The position numbers were made by a program, and so were the translations under genes. Below, piece after piece: positions 37,820 through 51,768 of a DNA stretch of 64,000 bases. Under the pieces are notes generated by a model. The model had not been told where the DNA came from and ran no database searches. It saw only the letters and a program-made list of their open reading frames with translations. The stretch spans positions 28,845,049 to 28,909,048 of the forward strand of contig NC_057718.1 in NCBI RefSeq assembly GCF_004010195.1. Direction: 5' to 3'. Numbering within the stretch: position 1 is the first letter of the stretch; each line of letters opens with the position of its first letter. The stretch is from Chiloscyllium plagiosum (Eukaryota).

Positions 37820-38240
37820 AGTCATAGACATATACGGTATGGAAACAGACCCTTTGGTTCAACCCATCCATGCTGACCAGATATCCTAAATTAATCTAAC
37901 GCCATTTGCCAGCATCTGGCTCATATCCCTCAAAACCCTTTCTATTCATATACCCGTCCAGGTGCCTTTTAAATGCTGTATTTCTCTGGCAGCCTATTCC
38001 ATACACACACAACCCTCTGCATGAAAAAATTGCCCTTTGGGTCCCTTTTAAATCTTCCCACTCTCATCTTAAACCTATGCTCTCTAGTTTTGGACTCCCC
38101 TACCACACGGAAAAGACCTTGTCTATTTACCCTATCCATGCTCCTCATGATTTTATAAACCTCTGTAAGGCCACCCTTCGGCCTCCAATGCTCCAGAGAA
38201 AACAGCCCCAGTGTATTCAGCCTCTTCATACAGCTCAAGC
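37820..38240 (-). mobile_element. CR1 LINE 3' fragment
   Basis: ORF 37969-38238 reads LGLFSLEHWRPKGGLTEVYKIMRSMDRV...FFMQRVVCVWNRLP. Confidence 0.9.
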
Positions 38241-38341
38241 GAGTTTCAGATCAACAGCACTTCTGGCCACCGCAAACTCTGTTCCCTTGATAATGCCTTC
38301 ATGCCTCTCTCCAGTCACTGTCTCGAGCGGAACTGCATATT

Positions 38342-38515
38342 AACATAGAAACATAGGGAATAGGAAAACCAGGAGGCTGTTCAGTCTTTCCAGCCTGCTC
38401 TGCCATTCAATATGATCACGACTGAACGACTGATGAACCAACTCAGTATTCTGTTCCTGTTTTTGCCCCATACACTTTGATTCCTTTAACCCTAAGGAAG
38501 AAATCTAACTCCTTC
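38342..38515 (-). mobile_element. CR1 3' UTR fragment
   Basis: aacatagaaacatag tail; peptide GIKVYGAKTG. Confidence 0.7.
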
Positions 38516-40739
38516 AAAACAGGGCTCAGAGTCTCCCCATTGAGGAGGTCAGTCAGTCCCTGATGGGCCTCTGCACCCAGTTGGCAATTTTCCACGTTCA
38601 GAACCTGCAGTGATACCTTTACGTTGAGCCTCCTCCCAAAAGGCCTGGACTGGATGTTCATGCAGGAATTGGCAAACCAAGGCAGTGGGCATCAGCAAGC
38701 AACTGATGCCATCCGGTGTCCACCATATTCTTGATGCATTTAGAGTGAGGTAAACACTGTAGGAAGTAGAGTGCTTTATTTCCATTTCGAATTCCATTTT
38801 GAGTTAGACTCTTCCCATTCTCCTTACCTCCTTCTTGCATTGCCCTTGCTGGGCTTTGCATGCAAATCAAATTAGAGATGGGTGACTTACTGACAGTGGG
38901 TGACATGAAAAAAAAAACAGAGATTTGGCGATGGGGAGAAAGAGCTGTTCAGTTGTGTCGATAACACTTCTGGATATAAGGAAAAAAGTAAAGCACACCT
39001 TGCATTCAGGTGCGTAAGAGCACTTTCAGATTAAAATGCAGACCCAGGAATGGATCTGCAGAACTGTCTATCCCAGGGTGGGATTAGTTTATGTATGCCA
39101 TGAAGAGGGGCTTTATTTTGGTCTTCAGCAATAAACCATGTTCCTTTCCAATCAGGCTTCCTGAGTTATTATCAAAATCTTCTGATTCATACATTTCTAC
39201 ATTGAAGCAAACCAGTACCATGAGTAATGGGGGGGAAAGTCATAAAAATAGCTTCAGGAAGAGGCTCATCATCAGAGCTATTTCACTCCTCGAAACCTCA
39301 TCCTGAAATGTTCACTTTCAAAACAATTAATTGTTTCCAATGCGATTTTTCCAGGAATTTTGCTCCAAATCCTATCTTGATTTGTTTAATATTGCAGTGA
39401 TAAATTGACCAACAGAGATATGTTTTTGGTGTATTGCAAGTGATTCTTGAGTCTAGAAAAATTTGTTAATTTTCAGATCAGTTGGCTGAGTTACTAATCT
39501 ATCAACAACAGACATGTCTCTTTTAATAAGTTCCCCATGCCTTCATCAAGAGTCTCAATGTGATGCTGCAGTGGACCTCTGAGAATTTGGGATCTTTTGT
39601 TTGGCCCCTGCTCAAAATTCTTTGATGCTATTTCAAGATTTCCCTCAAGAATCCCTTGAGAATTGTAAAAGTTGGCAACAATGTGTTTCCCCATTAAAGG
39701 TTCAAAAAGTTCTTGTTCTAACCTTAGCATATAAGTGTTACAAAAATGATAGCTTGTTTATTTCCTTTTCATCGTAATATTGCAAAGCAACCCAGATGAG
39801 ATAATGGCCCAAAAATTTGAAGGAAGCTGCTTTCTTGTGATGGACGTTGGGGATCAGTCACCATGAAGCAGAAAGCATGTAAATTGAGTGCAGCCTCCTG
39901 ATTTCAGTGATTGCAGCACTGGTCTAAGCAATGCTCAATCTGCTGGCAGGTTCAGTGCTCAGCAGGAGCACGAACAGCCTTGTTCACATGTGGTGCAGCT
40001 AGGAGAGATACTCTCAGTTTCAGGGCTGTTTGCTGATTCTCGACACACTCACTTTGCCTCTTCTTGAGTGTTCACAGCATCCCTGACTTATCTTGCCTCA
40101 CCTCACCTTGCAATTCTGCCACTAGGACTCAAAGTGCCCAGTATGCCCTGCACTGCCTTCCTTGATCTCTTTATTTTTATTTGAGACTTACAAATGGAAA
40201 ATGGCTGTGACCACTTCTGAACCAAGAAGCGGATTTCAATTCTGATGGATAGGAGGGCCCTTCAGGGCTAGTTGCATTCATCATACCTTCACAGAGTACA
40301 GGTTAAAGTCATTTACAATTACAGCATCCAGCATGTGCAGTGCCCAACTTTGTGGGAGGGGGCAAATACTGGTAATAAACAATCTTGATCATGTCATTGG
40401 TCACTGCAGATTGAGGATAGATTTCTCTGTGAAGCTGAAGCAATCCCCAGACAAGCTTAAAAGAAGTAACTGTGTGTCTCCAAGCACAGAGATAAGGCAA
40501 GATCTCAGAGAGTGGAGAGGGAAACATCACAATGATTCCCTCTTACCTTTAACTTGTCAACATAACTCTAGATATTCTTACATGTAATGATACCTTTAGT
40601 GGGTGGTGTGGGGCTGGAGTCTAATACTCATGAAGCACTTACAAACTCTTACAGCCTCATTGCAACAATACTAGTGGCACTTTCCTTGGAATAAGATCCA
40701 ATGTCAATGGATCATGTAGCCATGGTCACCCTTTTGATT

Positions 40740-41780
40740 TGAAGAAAGTAAGAGGAATTAAAGGAGAGGTGATTCAGAGTGAGGACAAGCTTCACCAGGT
40801 GGGGGTGCTGATGGGGATGGTTCAGGCCCTTGTCTTCCAGGAAGAGGTGAGGAGCCCTGAGACCATCCTGATGGGGAGATGGACCTATAAAGGGATTGCA
40901 TGTCCATGCTTAAGTGGAGGCGGCTGGAGCCTGCAAACTAGAATTCCTGAAATTGGAGTAAAACATCAGAGGAATGGGAAGGGACGGGACAAGGGGAGAA
41001 AAATTCGAATCAAGGTGGGAAAAGATGAGATCTTTGGAGCAGGAGCAGACATAAGTAATGGGTCTGCCTGGGCAATTCTGCTTGAGGATTTTGAGAAGGA
41101 GGTAGAAGCGAGCCATATGAGTTGGGAGATTATGAACCAGGAGACAGTCCAGGGAAGATCACCAGATGAAATAAAGCTAGTGGTTGTAGTGTACACAATC
41201 ACCTGATGTGCCATGGTGGGGTTATGGTCCAGAGGAAGATAGGAGGAGGTATCTGAGAGCTAGTGCTCAGCCTCTGCAATGTAGAGGTCAGTCTGCCAGG
41301 CTACAACAGCACCATCCTTATCGGCAGACTTGATGACAATGTCAGGGTCAGATCTGAGAGCACAGAATGCAATCAATTCAGAGAGAGATGGGTTGGAATG
41401 GGTAAAGTGCAGCAGAGAAATTGAGGTGACCAATCTCACATTGGCAGTTCTCAATGACCAGGTCAAGTGCAGGTAAAAGGCCAGAGGGCTGGGTCCAGGT
41501 GGAGGGAAAATGTTGGCGGTTGGTGAAAAGCGACAGAAGAAGAGTTCAGTGTCATGTCGTGCCCAAAATTCCTTAAGGTAGGGACACAGAGGGATATAAC
41601 TGAGACCTTTGTTGAGTATAGAACATTCAGTATGAGAGAGCAAAAAGACAAGAGGGATAGTAAATGCATGACAGGAGAAGGAATGGAGTCAGGGGAAGGG
41701 GGTAGGTAAGGAAGATTCCAGAGGGGCGCATGTATCTCTGAGTTATTGCAGCTTGTGTTCCTTAATGCCTGAAAGGAAAA
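40740..41780 (-). mobile_element. Decayed Penelope-like element (N-terminal/RT region)
   Basis: Peptides SILNKGLSYIPL, LRSDPDIVIKSADKDGAVVAW and CPGRPI. Confidence 0.88.
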
Positions 41781-41994
41781 AAAAGTATTTTAGTGAGAAC
41801 TGCATTGACTCCCAGTTCCAGTAGATGAGAGCTGGGTGCAGTGATCATTCACTGACTGTAAGATTATTGAGCTATGGATTGGTAAAGAGAATACAAGAGA
41901 CCACCCCACCCAGCATGGGTAGGGAGCAAGAGTTGGGAATCAGAGCATGGGTAAGATTTTCTTGAAATTATGTTTTGTCAGCCTATTCAGTTCA

Positions 41995-42400
41995 CTGGAT
42001 TGGACCCTGGATTAAAAGGGTTAACATTTAATGAGAGGCTGGTTAAATTTGGCTGATATTCTCTAGAGTTTAGAAAAATGAGAGATGATCTGATTGAAAC
42101 AAACAAGATTGTTTGGCAGGGTAGGTGTTTAGTAGATGTTTCTGCTGGCTGGGAATCCAGAACATAAAGTCATAGCCTCAGGGTAAGGGGTCAATCATTC
42201 TGGATTGAGATGTGAAGAAAGTTTTCGTTTGAGCCTTGTGAATCTTTGAAATAATGCTATGGATACTCCAACTTTGAGTTGATTTTAAGCTGAGAAAGAT
42301 AGATCATTAGTCTCTCAGCATATTGAGGGATATCTGGAGCAGGTAGAAAGGTGTAGTTGCAACCGGTAATCAGCCATGATCAATGCCATATTGAAGGAGT
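41995..42400 (+). mobile_element. CR1 LINE 3' fragment
   Basis: tctctagagtttagaaaaatgagagatgatctgattgaaac encodes SLEFRKMRDDLIET. Confidence 0.85.
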
Positions 42401-42404
42401 AGGA

Positions 42405-43260
42405 TTGATAGAACATAGATAATAGAACATTACAGCAGAGTATAGATCCTTCGGCCATCGATGCTGTGCCAACCTGTGAAACCAATCTGAAGCCCATCTA
42501 ACAATTATGATCCATATGTCTATCCAATGACCATTTAAATGCCCTTAAAGTTGGCGAGTCTACTACTGTTGCAGAGAAAGTGTTCCATACCCTACTGCTC
42601 TCTGAATAAAGAAACTACCTCTGACATCTGTCCTGTATCTGTCACCCCTCAAATTAAAGCTATGTCCGTTCATACTAACCATCACCATCCAAGGAAAAAA
42701 GTTCTCATTGTCCACCCTATCTAATCCTCTGATCATCTTGTATGCCTCTATTAAGTCACTTCTCAAATGTCTTCATTCTAATGAAAACAGCCACAAATCC
42801 CTCAGCCTTCCTCAAAAGACTTTCCCTCAATACTAGACAACATCCTGGTAAATCTCCTCTGCACCCTTTCCAATGCTTCCACATCATTCCTAAAATGCAG
42901 CGACCAGAACTGCATGCAATACTCCAAGTGCAGCCGCACCAGAGTTTTGTACAGCTGCAACATGACTATATGGCTCCGAAACTCAATCCCTCTACCAATA
43001 AAAGCTAACACACCATTCGCCTTCTTAACAACCCTATCAACCTTTGTTCAGCAACATTCCCCAGGACGGTACCATTACGTCCTGCCCTGATTTACAGTAC
43101 CAAAATATAGCGCCTCATATTTATCTTGATTAAACTTCATTTGCCACTCTAATTGGCTCATCTGATCAAGGCTTCATTGTAATCTGAGGTAGTATCTTAG
43201 CTATCCATGACACCACCAATTTTGATGTTATCTGCAAACCCACTAACCACACCTCCTATT
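42405..43260 (-). mobile_element. CR1 LINE 3' fragment
   Basis: ORFs reading LAFIGRGIEFRS...LEYCMQFWS and RSDLIEAYKMIRGLDRVD. Confidence 0.92.
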
Positions 43261-43699
43261 AAAAGGTTGTGTACATCGTTTCCAATAGGAGGGAATGGCC
43301 ACCAAGAAGAATCAAATAAACTGCTGGCTTATCTCCCTCCTTAAAAAAGTGTGCTGCAGCATCCTGACCCATGTTTCATCTGAGATCAGCTGATAACAGA
43401 ACCCTAACTGAGTCTAGGATTTCCTGATCTATATGGGTCAGCTCCATACTAGGTAGATCTATTCACTGAGAAATTTTATTCTGTCAGTATTTTCAGCTTT
43501 ATCCCTTTTTGCTTCAAGTGTTTAAATTCTTTCTAAAGTTTTGGGATTCTCCATTGTATTCCCAGCTGAAAAGAATTGTGAAAATAATCCATAGTGCCAT
43601 AGAAATGATACAGCATAGAAGGGGCTATTTGGTTAATTTTGTCCATGCCATCCCTTCCCAGATGTGGCATTGCTGGTCTTAAACTGCCCACCAGGTATT

Positions 43700-44055
43700 G
43701 ATCATAATCATAGAATCCCTACAACATGGAAAGAGGCCGTTTGGCCCATGAGTCCGCACAAACTTTCTGAAGGGCATCATACCCCAGACGCAGTTCCCTA
43801 CGCTATCCCTTTCACCCTGTGAATAGCTAACCCATAGGGGGCTAGCTGTCCCATAGCTAATCCCCTAGTCTGCACATCCATGGACACTACGGGGCAATTT
43901 AGCATGACCAATCCACCTAACTTTGGACTGTGGGAGAAAACTGGAGCATGCAGAGGAAATCCACACAGACACGGGGAGAATGTGCAAATGCAACACAGAT
44001 AGTCATGCAAAGTTCCTGGCACTGTGAGGCAGCAATACTAATCACTGAGCCACCC
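43700..44055 (-). mobile_element. HE1-type SINE
   Basis: Reverse-complement HE1 body and tail. Confidence 0.85.
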
Positions 44056-44126
44056 ATTTAAGATGTAATTTTTTTTTTCTGACCTATATTCTCCATACAT
44101 CGTATTGATTAGACTTCACTGAATAG

Positions 44127-44441
44127 ATTAGATTCCCTACAGTATGGAACAGGTCCTTCAGCTCAACAAGTCCACACCGACCATCTGAAGAGTAACCCAC
44201 CCAGACCCATTCGCCTAACCTATATTTTCCCATGACTAATGCACCTAATGCTATGGGCAATTTAGCATGGCCAATTCACCTGCCCAGCACATTTTTGGAC
44301 TGTGGGAGGAAACCGGAGCACTCGGAGGAAACCCACGCAGACATGGGGAGAATGTGCAAACTCCACACAGACAGTCATCCGAGACTGGATTCAAACCCAG
44401 GTCTCTGGTGCTGTGAGGCAGCAGTGCTAACCACTGAGCCA
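44127..44441 (-). mobile_element. HE1-type SINE with 7-bp TSD
   Basis: tgaatag at 44120-44126 and 44442-44448; HE1 body. Confidence 0.92.
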
Positions 44442-45017
44442 TGAATAGTTCCTTTGTTGCCACAGACAAGATAAAAAAACATGTCCTGTGGAAAATCTTG
44501 TAGGGCATCCAGTTTGGTTGGGCATACTTAGTATTTGAATCTTTGCCAACCACCAGCCCCCAGCCATGCCCTGCTCTAACACTCCTGCCATCTGATTACC
44601 CAAAACATCCAGTTTGTCTTGCGACTCCTTCCCATGGTAACCATAGAGCAAATTGGCTCTTCACTACCTGAATTGACTACTCTAAATAGTCAACCATGTC
44701 TGATTTTCAGTGATAACCAAAATAATTCAAAGACAGTTTTTAAGAAATGCAACTTTGAATGCTTTTATGATATTCACCCGGATTTCTCAGACCATGACCT
44801 GGAGATTAATCTGGAAGCTCCAGGGTGTTCCTGGAAGTTTGACAATTCTAGATTTATTGGTATAAATTTTAAATTACCTGTCCAGACTCCACCATCACAA
44901 TGTCATTTCTCTGTGAACTGTTTCAAACAGCTCCTCTCAGTTAATATTTTTTACAACATTACCACTTTGGAAATTCAGTCTCAGCCAAGCCATGTTTATC
45001 TTTCCATGAATTAATTA

Positions 45018-45311
45018 GGGGCGGCACAGTGGCTCAGTGGTTAGCACTGCTGCTTCACAGCACTAGGGTTCTAGGTTCAATTACAGCCTCAGGTGACTGT
45101 CTGTGTGGAGATTGCACATTCTCCCTGTGTCTGCGTGGGCTTCCTCTCACAGTACAAAGGTGTGCAGGTCAGGTGAATTGGCCATGCTAAATTGCCCATA
45201 GTGTTTGGTGCATTAGTCAGAGGGAAATGGGTCTGGGTGGGTTACTATTCAGAGGGTTGGTGTGGACTGGTTGGGCTGAAGGGCCTGTTTCCACACTGTA
45301 GGGAATCTAAT
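45018..45311 (+). mobile_element. HE1-type SINE
   Basis: gggcggcacagtggctcagtggttagcactgctg head. Confidence 0.92.
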
Positions 45312-45464
45312 TTCAAATGAACTCTTAAGCTTCTTAATGGGCAAAGTGAGTATTTTTTTCCAGATAGGGCATTTGTGATGTTACAATGGAATTTGTCATC
45401 CAGAATGCGATGTGTGATGCTCAGCAGATGCATGCCGGTCATCACTGACTGCAAAAATATTATT

Positions 45465-45660
45465 AAAACAAACAACTATGGAACTTGAGATTTGAAACAG
45501 AAAAATGCAGCAGGTCTGACAGCATTTCAGGGGAGAAAGCAGAGTTAACATTATGAGTCCAGTAACTCTTCATCAGAATTGATAGCAGCCAGGAAAAAGT
45601 GGAATTCATGCTGCAGATGAGGTTGTGGAGAAAGGTAAATGAATAGGTGGAGATGGGCCC
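45465..45660 (-). mobile_element. Penelope terminal-repeat fragment (third family)
   Basis: gcagcaggtctgacagcat...gagttaac...cttcatcag, with CTGATGA on the minus strand. Confidence 0.65.
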
Positions 45661-45941
45661 TGGGAAGATAGAGATATATAGAAGAGTCCTAAAGGCTAGA
45701 TAAGGTTTGCATAAATTAACAAAATATCACAAGTTCCCACTGGTTGCAAAGTATATTTTTTAAAAACAGGATCTTTGACTGTTTATGTTCTGCTAACTTT
45801 AAAAATCCATTTTATTTACTGTGCGATAAATTCTAGCTATTCCTAATAAGAATGCACCTGGCATATTTGAAACATGATTTTGTTAGCTGAGCATCTAGCT
45901 AAAAATAATTCAATTCAGAAGAGGCCTGTGCTGAATTAGAC

Positions 45942-46375
45942 AAAAGAACTTGCATTTATGCACTATCTTACATCCTCAGAGATCACAAAACTCTTCACAA
46001 TCAATTAATTATTTCCAACATATTGGATGAACAAGTGAAAATGCCAATACCTACTCTGTAAAGTTGCTCAAACAGCAACTGTAATGAATGACCAGATTTT
46101 AACCATTTTTGAGTTCAGGAAAATGCATTGATGAGAAAAGTGGAAAAACATTTTATTTCCCTTTGAATAACAATGTATAACCCTTTAATGGCTGTTTGAG
46201 CAAACAGGAAAAGAATTGGGTCTTCTCAATTTAATATTTCACCAAAGTTACAACATCTCCAAAACTACAGCACACCCTCAGAAATGGGCATTCACCTTGA
46301 TCATGTATCCAAGTCTAAGAATTAATCTTGAACTCATTAAATCAGAAGGAAGAGATCTACTAACTGAGTCAAACT
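45942..46375 (-). mobile_element. Old Deu-domain SINE relic
   Basis: agaacttgcatttat tail and cagcacaccctcag motif. Confidence 0.5.
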
Positions 46376-46649
46376 GATAGGGAGAGTTTGGGAATAATGT
46401 TGGCAAGATTGGGAGAGGAAAATTATCTAATTGCTGCCTTCTGTATCTGACATAACCTCCATTTTTTTGAGAGATTAAAAACTTAAAGAGCTGCTTTGAC
46501 TAAGCAGACATTGACCTTACTTCTAAGAACCCTAAAAATACACTCCTGAGAACCCTGTCATCTAGGCTGTGAATAGCCACCATAATATTTAAGCTTTTTT
46601 AGAGCAAGCCAAAGTATTAGGAACAGAAAACTTGGGTTCAGAAACTACA

Positions 46650-47060
46650 GTCACATGGATAGATTGGGAAAGCTGAAGTTTTTTTTGTTAAAGAAGGCAA
46701 AGTTGAAAGGAGATTTAATAAAATTGTTTAAAATAATGAAGAATCTGCACATTATAGATAGGAATAAACAGTTCCCAGTATAGAAGGAGAATGAGAGGAC
46801 AACGGAGGTGATTGGCAAAAGAAGCAATAGAAAATTGGAGACAATGGGGTAGAAAGAGAATGTTTTTGTTCAGCCAGTGTTTGGAAGACCTCCCTACGAG
46901 TGTGGTTGGGGGCAGATCCAATCAGGACTTTTAAAGAGAATTGGGAAAGCATCTGAAAAAAAATGTAGTGTGACAGAGAATGGGACAGGCTCCATTGCCC
47001 TTGGAGAGATACAAATACAATGGGTTGAATGGCCTTGCTTTGCGCTGTAACCATTCTGTA
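46650..47060 (+). mobile_element. Old CR1 3' fragment
   Basis: aaggagatttaataaaattgtttaaaataatg; 3' UTR gggttgaatggcct. Confidence 0.7.
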
Positions 47061-47260
47061 ATTTCATTACAGCATTGGATTACAGCTAGGTTATTGTTCT
47101 ATAGGGAAACATTCTAACAAGATGTAAAGTGTATGTTAGAGGTAGTTACAATGTAAAGAAACAAACTATGCAACATTTTGATGAGCCATTTCACAGAAAA
47201 CAGACAATTTGAAACCTCTAAATGTTTGAGAACCAGTTTTATCACTGAAGATGTTTATTT

Positions 47261-47586
47261 GGGCGGCACAGTGGCACAGTGGTTTAGCACTGCTGCCTCA
47301 CAACACCAGAGACCCGGGTTCAATTCCCGCCTCAGACGACTGACTGTGTGGAGTTTGCATGTTCTCCCCGTGTCTGCGTGGGTTTCCTCCGGGTGCTCCG
47401 GTTTCCTCCCACAGTCCAAAGGTGTGCAGGTCAGGTGAATTGGCCATGCTAAATTGTCCGTAGTGTTAGGTAAGGGATAAATGTAGGGGTATGGGTGGGT
47501 TGCGCTTCGGCGGGGCGGTGTGGACTTGTTGGGCTGAAGGGCCTGTTTCCACACTGTAAGTAATCTAATCTAATCTAAAAAAAAAA
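47261..47586 (+). mobile_element. Full-length young HE1-type SINE
   Basis: tRNA-like A/B boxes, retained CpGs, (TAATC)n tail and an A-run. Confidence 0.95.
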
Positions 47587-49444
47587 TTTCTTGACCAAAG
47601 TATTCTGGTTTCACTTATAAAATATAACAGAATAAAGAAGGAATAGTTAACATTTCAGTTCTAGGGGTGCACTGCACGTTTATTGGAATATCAAAATTAC
47701 CTAATGCAATTAAGAAATTAAGCTTCTGCAATAATGGCAAAAGAGATTGAACTGACTCTAGGAAAGCAAATTGACAGGTCATGGATCATAGCACGGGACC
47801 ATTTGTTTATCATTTTCATTAGGAGAACAACGAATCTAACCAGGTGCTTGAATGAATAAAGTAAATAGTGTAAGGTAGATCATATTGTTGAGTCAATGTT
47901 CTGTACCAAGCCTTTGTCTTCATGGGCAATGCAGCTGTAAATGTTATCAATCATACTTCACATCTTCCAGTGTTGCATTTCAGCCAGTCAGGGATGGATA
48001 GGTATCAGAAGTTTAAAAAACATATACCTGATACCCTAATATCTTAATTGCTCAACAGAAAGGCCTTAGCTACCTGATTCTGCAGGGAGAAAATAATATT
48101 TCAAAAAACTGTGCCCTTGAAAAGTTTCTCTGAGTCATCACATTGTGCATGAACTGTGGTTTATGAGGAATTTACAACTTGGTGATGTCAATTCCAAATA
48201 AAATTGAGCATATGATCTAAATATAACGCCGCTGAATTAGTCAAAAGCTTTCCATCAAGATCCGTTTTCCAAAGGTTCACCAAGCTGGTCACTACCTGGC
48301 TGGGTAACTGAGAAGAACTCTGGGATCACTTTCCTGATGACTGATGTGATTAGAAATGACTGCTCTAATGAGTGAATCATAACATATTCATGAAGTGGAA
48401 AGTGTGGCTGCAAACCCGCTTCCAACAGTTAAATAGTAACTAAGTGCGCATGTGTCTCCCTGCCTCAAATAACCTGCAGTGTTTATCAGGGACTTATTCC
48501 AAGGGCAACAATTCAACGGATATAACAATCCAAGAGACCACAGCTCTGCAACTCATGTTTCACTATCTTGCATATGTTCATACAACTTCAGTTATAATGA
48601 AAAGACAAACATTTTCTTTCATTTTCGTGATTGTTTTCTTTTAAAAATATGTTTATTCATTAATGAATTCATATTCTTGAATTTTCAATATACTTCTGTA
48701 TCTTGAAGATGTTAAGGTAAATCCTCAATATAATTCAGTTCTGAGAACGGTGCCAGCTAGGCTGCCATAACTTTTAAACGTTTAGAAGGTGGAGCAAGAC
48801 AAATTCTTAATAGCAGAAACCTTTGGATCAGATACTTTGTGTAAAAAATAAAGGCTTAATCAGTCATTTCCAGCTTTTCTGAGTGCCAACTTGCTCTAAC
48901 AACACTATTATACAAGATCATTTTGGGTACAGTTTCATGGATGCTGTGGTATTACTCTGATTGCTACTGTTGCTGGCATCTTATGGCATCTGCCACCTCT
49001 AATGGCATTTGGCACTGGGTAGATTGCTGCCACTCCTCCTCCTTTGACTATATTGTGTATTAGGGCCTGTTTCATGTTCAGTGATGGAGGATATATCACT
49101 CTTTACAGAAAAGGCACTTGTCTAGTTAACAAGGTGGTTTGTTGCACAACTACATTACTAATCTGACATAATTACCAGGACTTTTGGGAGTTGTATTAAA
49201 TACATCTGCTCTCTTTGGAGGTTAATATTAAACGCACTGTCTCCACCCAAGGACTGTGTGTGACAGCATCAGAATGGCTGAATGTTACTTAATACTAACT
49301 CCTTCAGAACCATTCCCTTCAAAACAGATGCCTTTCAAACAGATGCCTTTAATTCAGCACAACTCAATCCCATTCATATTCACCACCATTGCCTGGTGTT
49401 TTCCCTGATACATTCAGGAAGGCTCGTGACACTGCTACCTGGAG

Positions 49445-49705
49445 CACAGATTTAAGGTGATCAGGAGAAGGATTAGAGGGGAGATGAGGAGAAGCTTTTG
49501 CACCCAGAGGATGGTGAGTGCCTGGAATTCACCGCCCGGTTTATGTGGAGATCCTCAGCTTTTTGAAAAGAAACCCAGATTTGCATCTAAAGTGCCTACA
49601 AGGATTAGGTCTGGGAATGTTGGATTAGAATGCGTGGCTAGTTTATTCAGTTAGCACAGAAATGATGGACTGTTTGACGTCTATCAATGCTTTAACTTTT
49701 CTATG
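49445..49705 (+). mobile_element. CR1 3' fragment
   Basis: Peptide RGEMRRSFCTQRMVSAWNS. Confidence 0.8.
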
Positions 49706-50259
49706 GTTCTTCTTTGAATTTTATGGTCCAGAGGCTCATGGTGGATCTTAATAGTTGGGGGTGAGAAGAGTTGTGGGCGGTGCTGGTAGAAGCCTTCTGC
49801 CTTCTGGATGTTCATCCTCAGATCCATTCTCTCATTTGCTTTTGTAAGTGCGTCAATAATAGTTTGGAGCTCAGGTTCTGAGTCTGTACAGGTGCAAGTG
49901 CCAAGAGTCATCTGTTTACTGTCACTTGACAACAAAGAATAAGGTGATGTTGGTTCTGAACTGGGTAGGGTGCAGGTTAAGCAGTTTCTTCTTTGTCCTG
50001 TATCTTAATTCCACACCAGCAGGTAGCTTCATACCTTGGGGATAGAGTCTGCAACAAAGAAGATGAAGACAAACATGAGAGCATTGACAGCCTTGTAGAG
50101 CAGACACCTCAGAATCTTTGAGATCATTAGCAGTGATGCTTCCACAATATATTGTTAACCTATTGTCAGGATAATCACTGTAGGCAAGGAGAATTGAGGC
50201 AATTCTCAGTCAATCCGCGCAATGGGTGGGCCACATTGTCTACACACCTGAGTCAAGAC

Positions 50260-51768
50260 GGGCAGCACAGTGGCTCAGTGGTTAGCACTGCTGCCTAAGA
50301 GTGCCAGAGACCCGGGCTTGATTCTAGTCTCAGGTGCCTGTCTATGTGGAGTTTGCACATCCTCTTCATGTCTGCGTGGGTTTCCTCCGGGTGCTCCAGT
50401 TTCCTCCCACAGAACAAAGTAATGCAGGCTGGGTGGATTAGTCATAGGAAATGTAGGGTTATAGAGTAGGTGGACGGGTCTGGGTAGGCTGCTCTTTGGA
50501 GAGTCAGAGTGTACTTGTTAGGCTGAATGACTCAACACGCATGGTGCTGGAAAAGCGCAGCCAATCAGGCAGCATCCGAGGAGCAGGAGCATGGACATTT
50601 CGAGCATAGGCCCTTCAACAGGAATGTGGGGGGTGGAGCCCAAAGGAGCTGAGAGTTAAATCTGAGGGGAGGTGATTCCTCAAACATTCCAGAGCGTTGT
50701 CCCGGCCTCTGGAACCGCTCGGACGCTATTAGCCACGTGACCATTACAGCTATCACCATCGTGGCAAATTATGACAATACCTCCATCCCCACCACCCCAC
50801 AGAACGGGATCACTGCCAACTGCACCACCTCCACGAGTAGAACCACCCCCTCCGAGAACGCCAACAGGACCACCGCCTCCACAATTGCTGACAGGTCCAC
50901 CGCCTCCGCGATTGCCACCAACAGCTGCCTCCGTGATTGCCGCAAGAATCACCATGGCCAAAACCACCACAAAGACTACCCGAAATGTCACTTCCACCCA
51001 GTAGTTGCCGCCGCCTCAGCCACTTCCACCCCCACCGACATCGCTCACCGGAACACCGCCAACGAACACGCAGCCACTGCTGAAAATATCGCGAACGTCA
51101 CACACAATGTCACTTCCGTCCCAGCGGATGCTACCACTTCCGACCCCCATGGTGTGTGTCACATCCTTTTGTGATGTCACCCACTATATCATGACACACA
51201 ATCTCCGCACCCACTCCCAACTCCAGCCCCACTCCAGGTCCTAGCCCCCAGCCCTGCAGTGTTATTACCATTCCCGCAGATCTCCCCCTCAATGAGGTTG
51301 AACAATCAGTCCTCAGTAAAGGCCTCACCTTCATCCCACTATGCTTCCACATCAATGAATTCAATGTGCGTCACAACATCAAATGTTTCTTCTGTCATCT
51401 CCACCTCAGTGCTTACTTTCTCAATTCAGACTCCCACCTACCTCCGAGGACCCCTTCGCCTGCCTCCAACATACTGCATTCACTTGGACACCTCATGCTG
51501 GTCTGTCACCCACCTTCAATCTCTTCATCTGCAACCCCAACCGCACATCTCCCCCATTTATCTCTCAGCTGCCTTGGACTCCCCCTACATTCCTGATGAA
51601 GAGCTTATGCTCAAAATGTCGACTCTCCCGCTCTTTGGATGCTGCCTGACCTGTTGTGCTCTTTCAGTGCCACACTTTGACTCTGCTCTCCAGCATCTGC
51701 GGTCCTCTCTGTCTCCTAGTTGATTGCCTGAATGGCCTGTTTCAACACTGTAGGGACTCTATGATTCA
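50260..51768 (+). mobile_element. HE1-type SINE split by a Penelope insertion
   Basis: Head at 50260; the tail ctgaatggcctgtttc resumes at 51728. Confidence 0.88.
50530..51727 (+). mobile_element. Internally deleted Penelope-like element with inverted 5' terminal repeat
   Basis: ctgaatg direct repeat at 50523-50529 and 51728-51734. Inverted terminal repeat ~50535-50670, N-terminal relic VITIPADLPL..QSVLSKGLTFIP, and a terminal repeat with CTGATGA at 51593. Confidence 0.88.

Noticed and set aside
50680..51244. CpG-rich region with overlapping Pro/Thr/Gly-rich ORFs, resembling a promoter or gene
   Set aside because: Lies inside the TSD-bounded Penelope insertion and is low-complexity element sequence, not a host CpG island.
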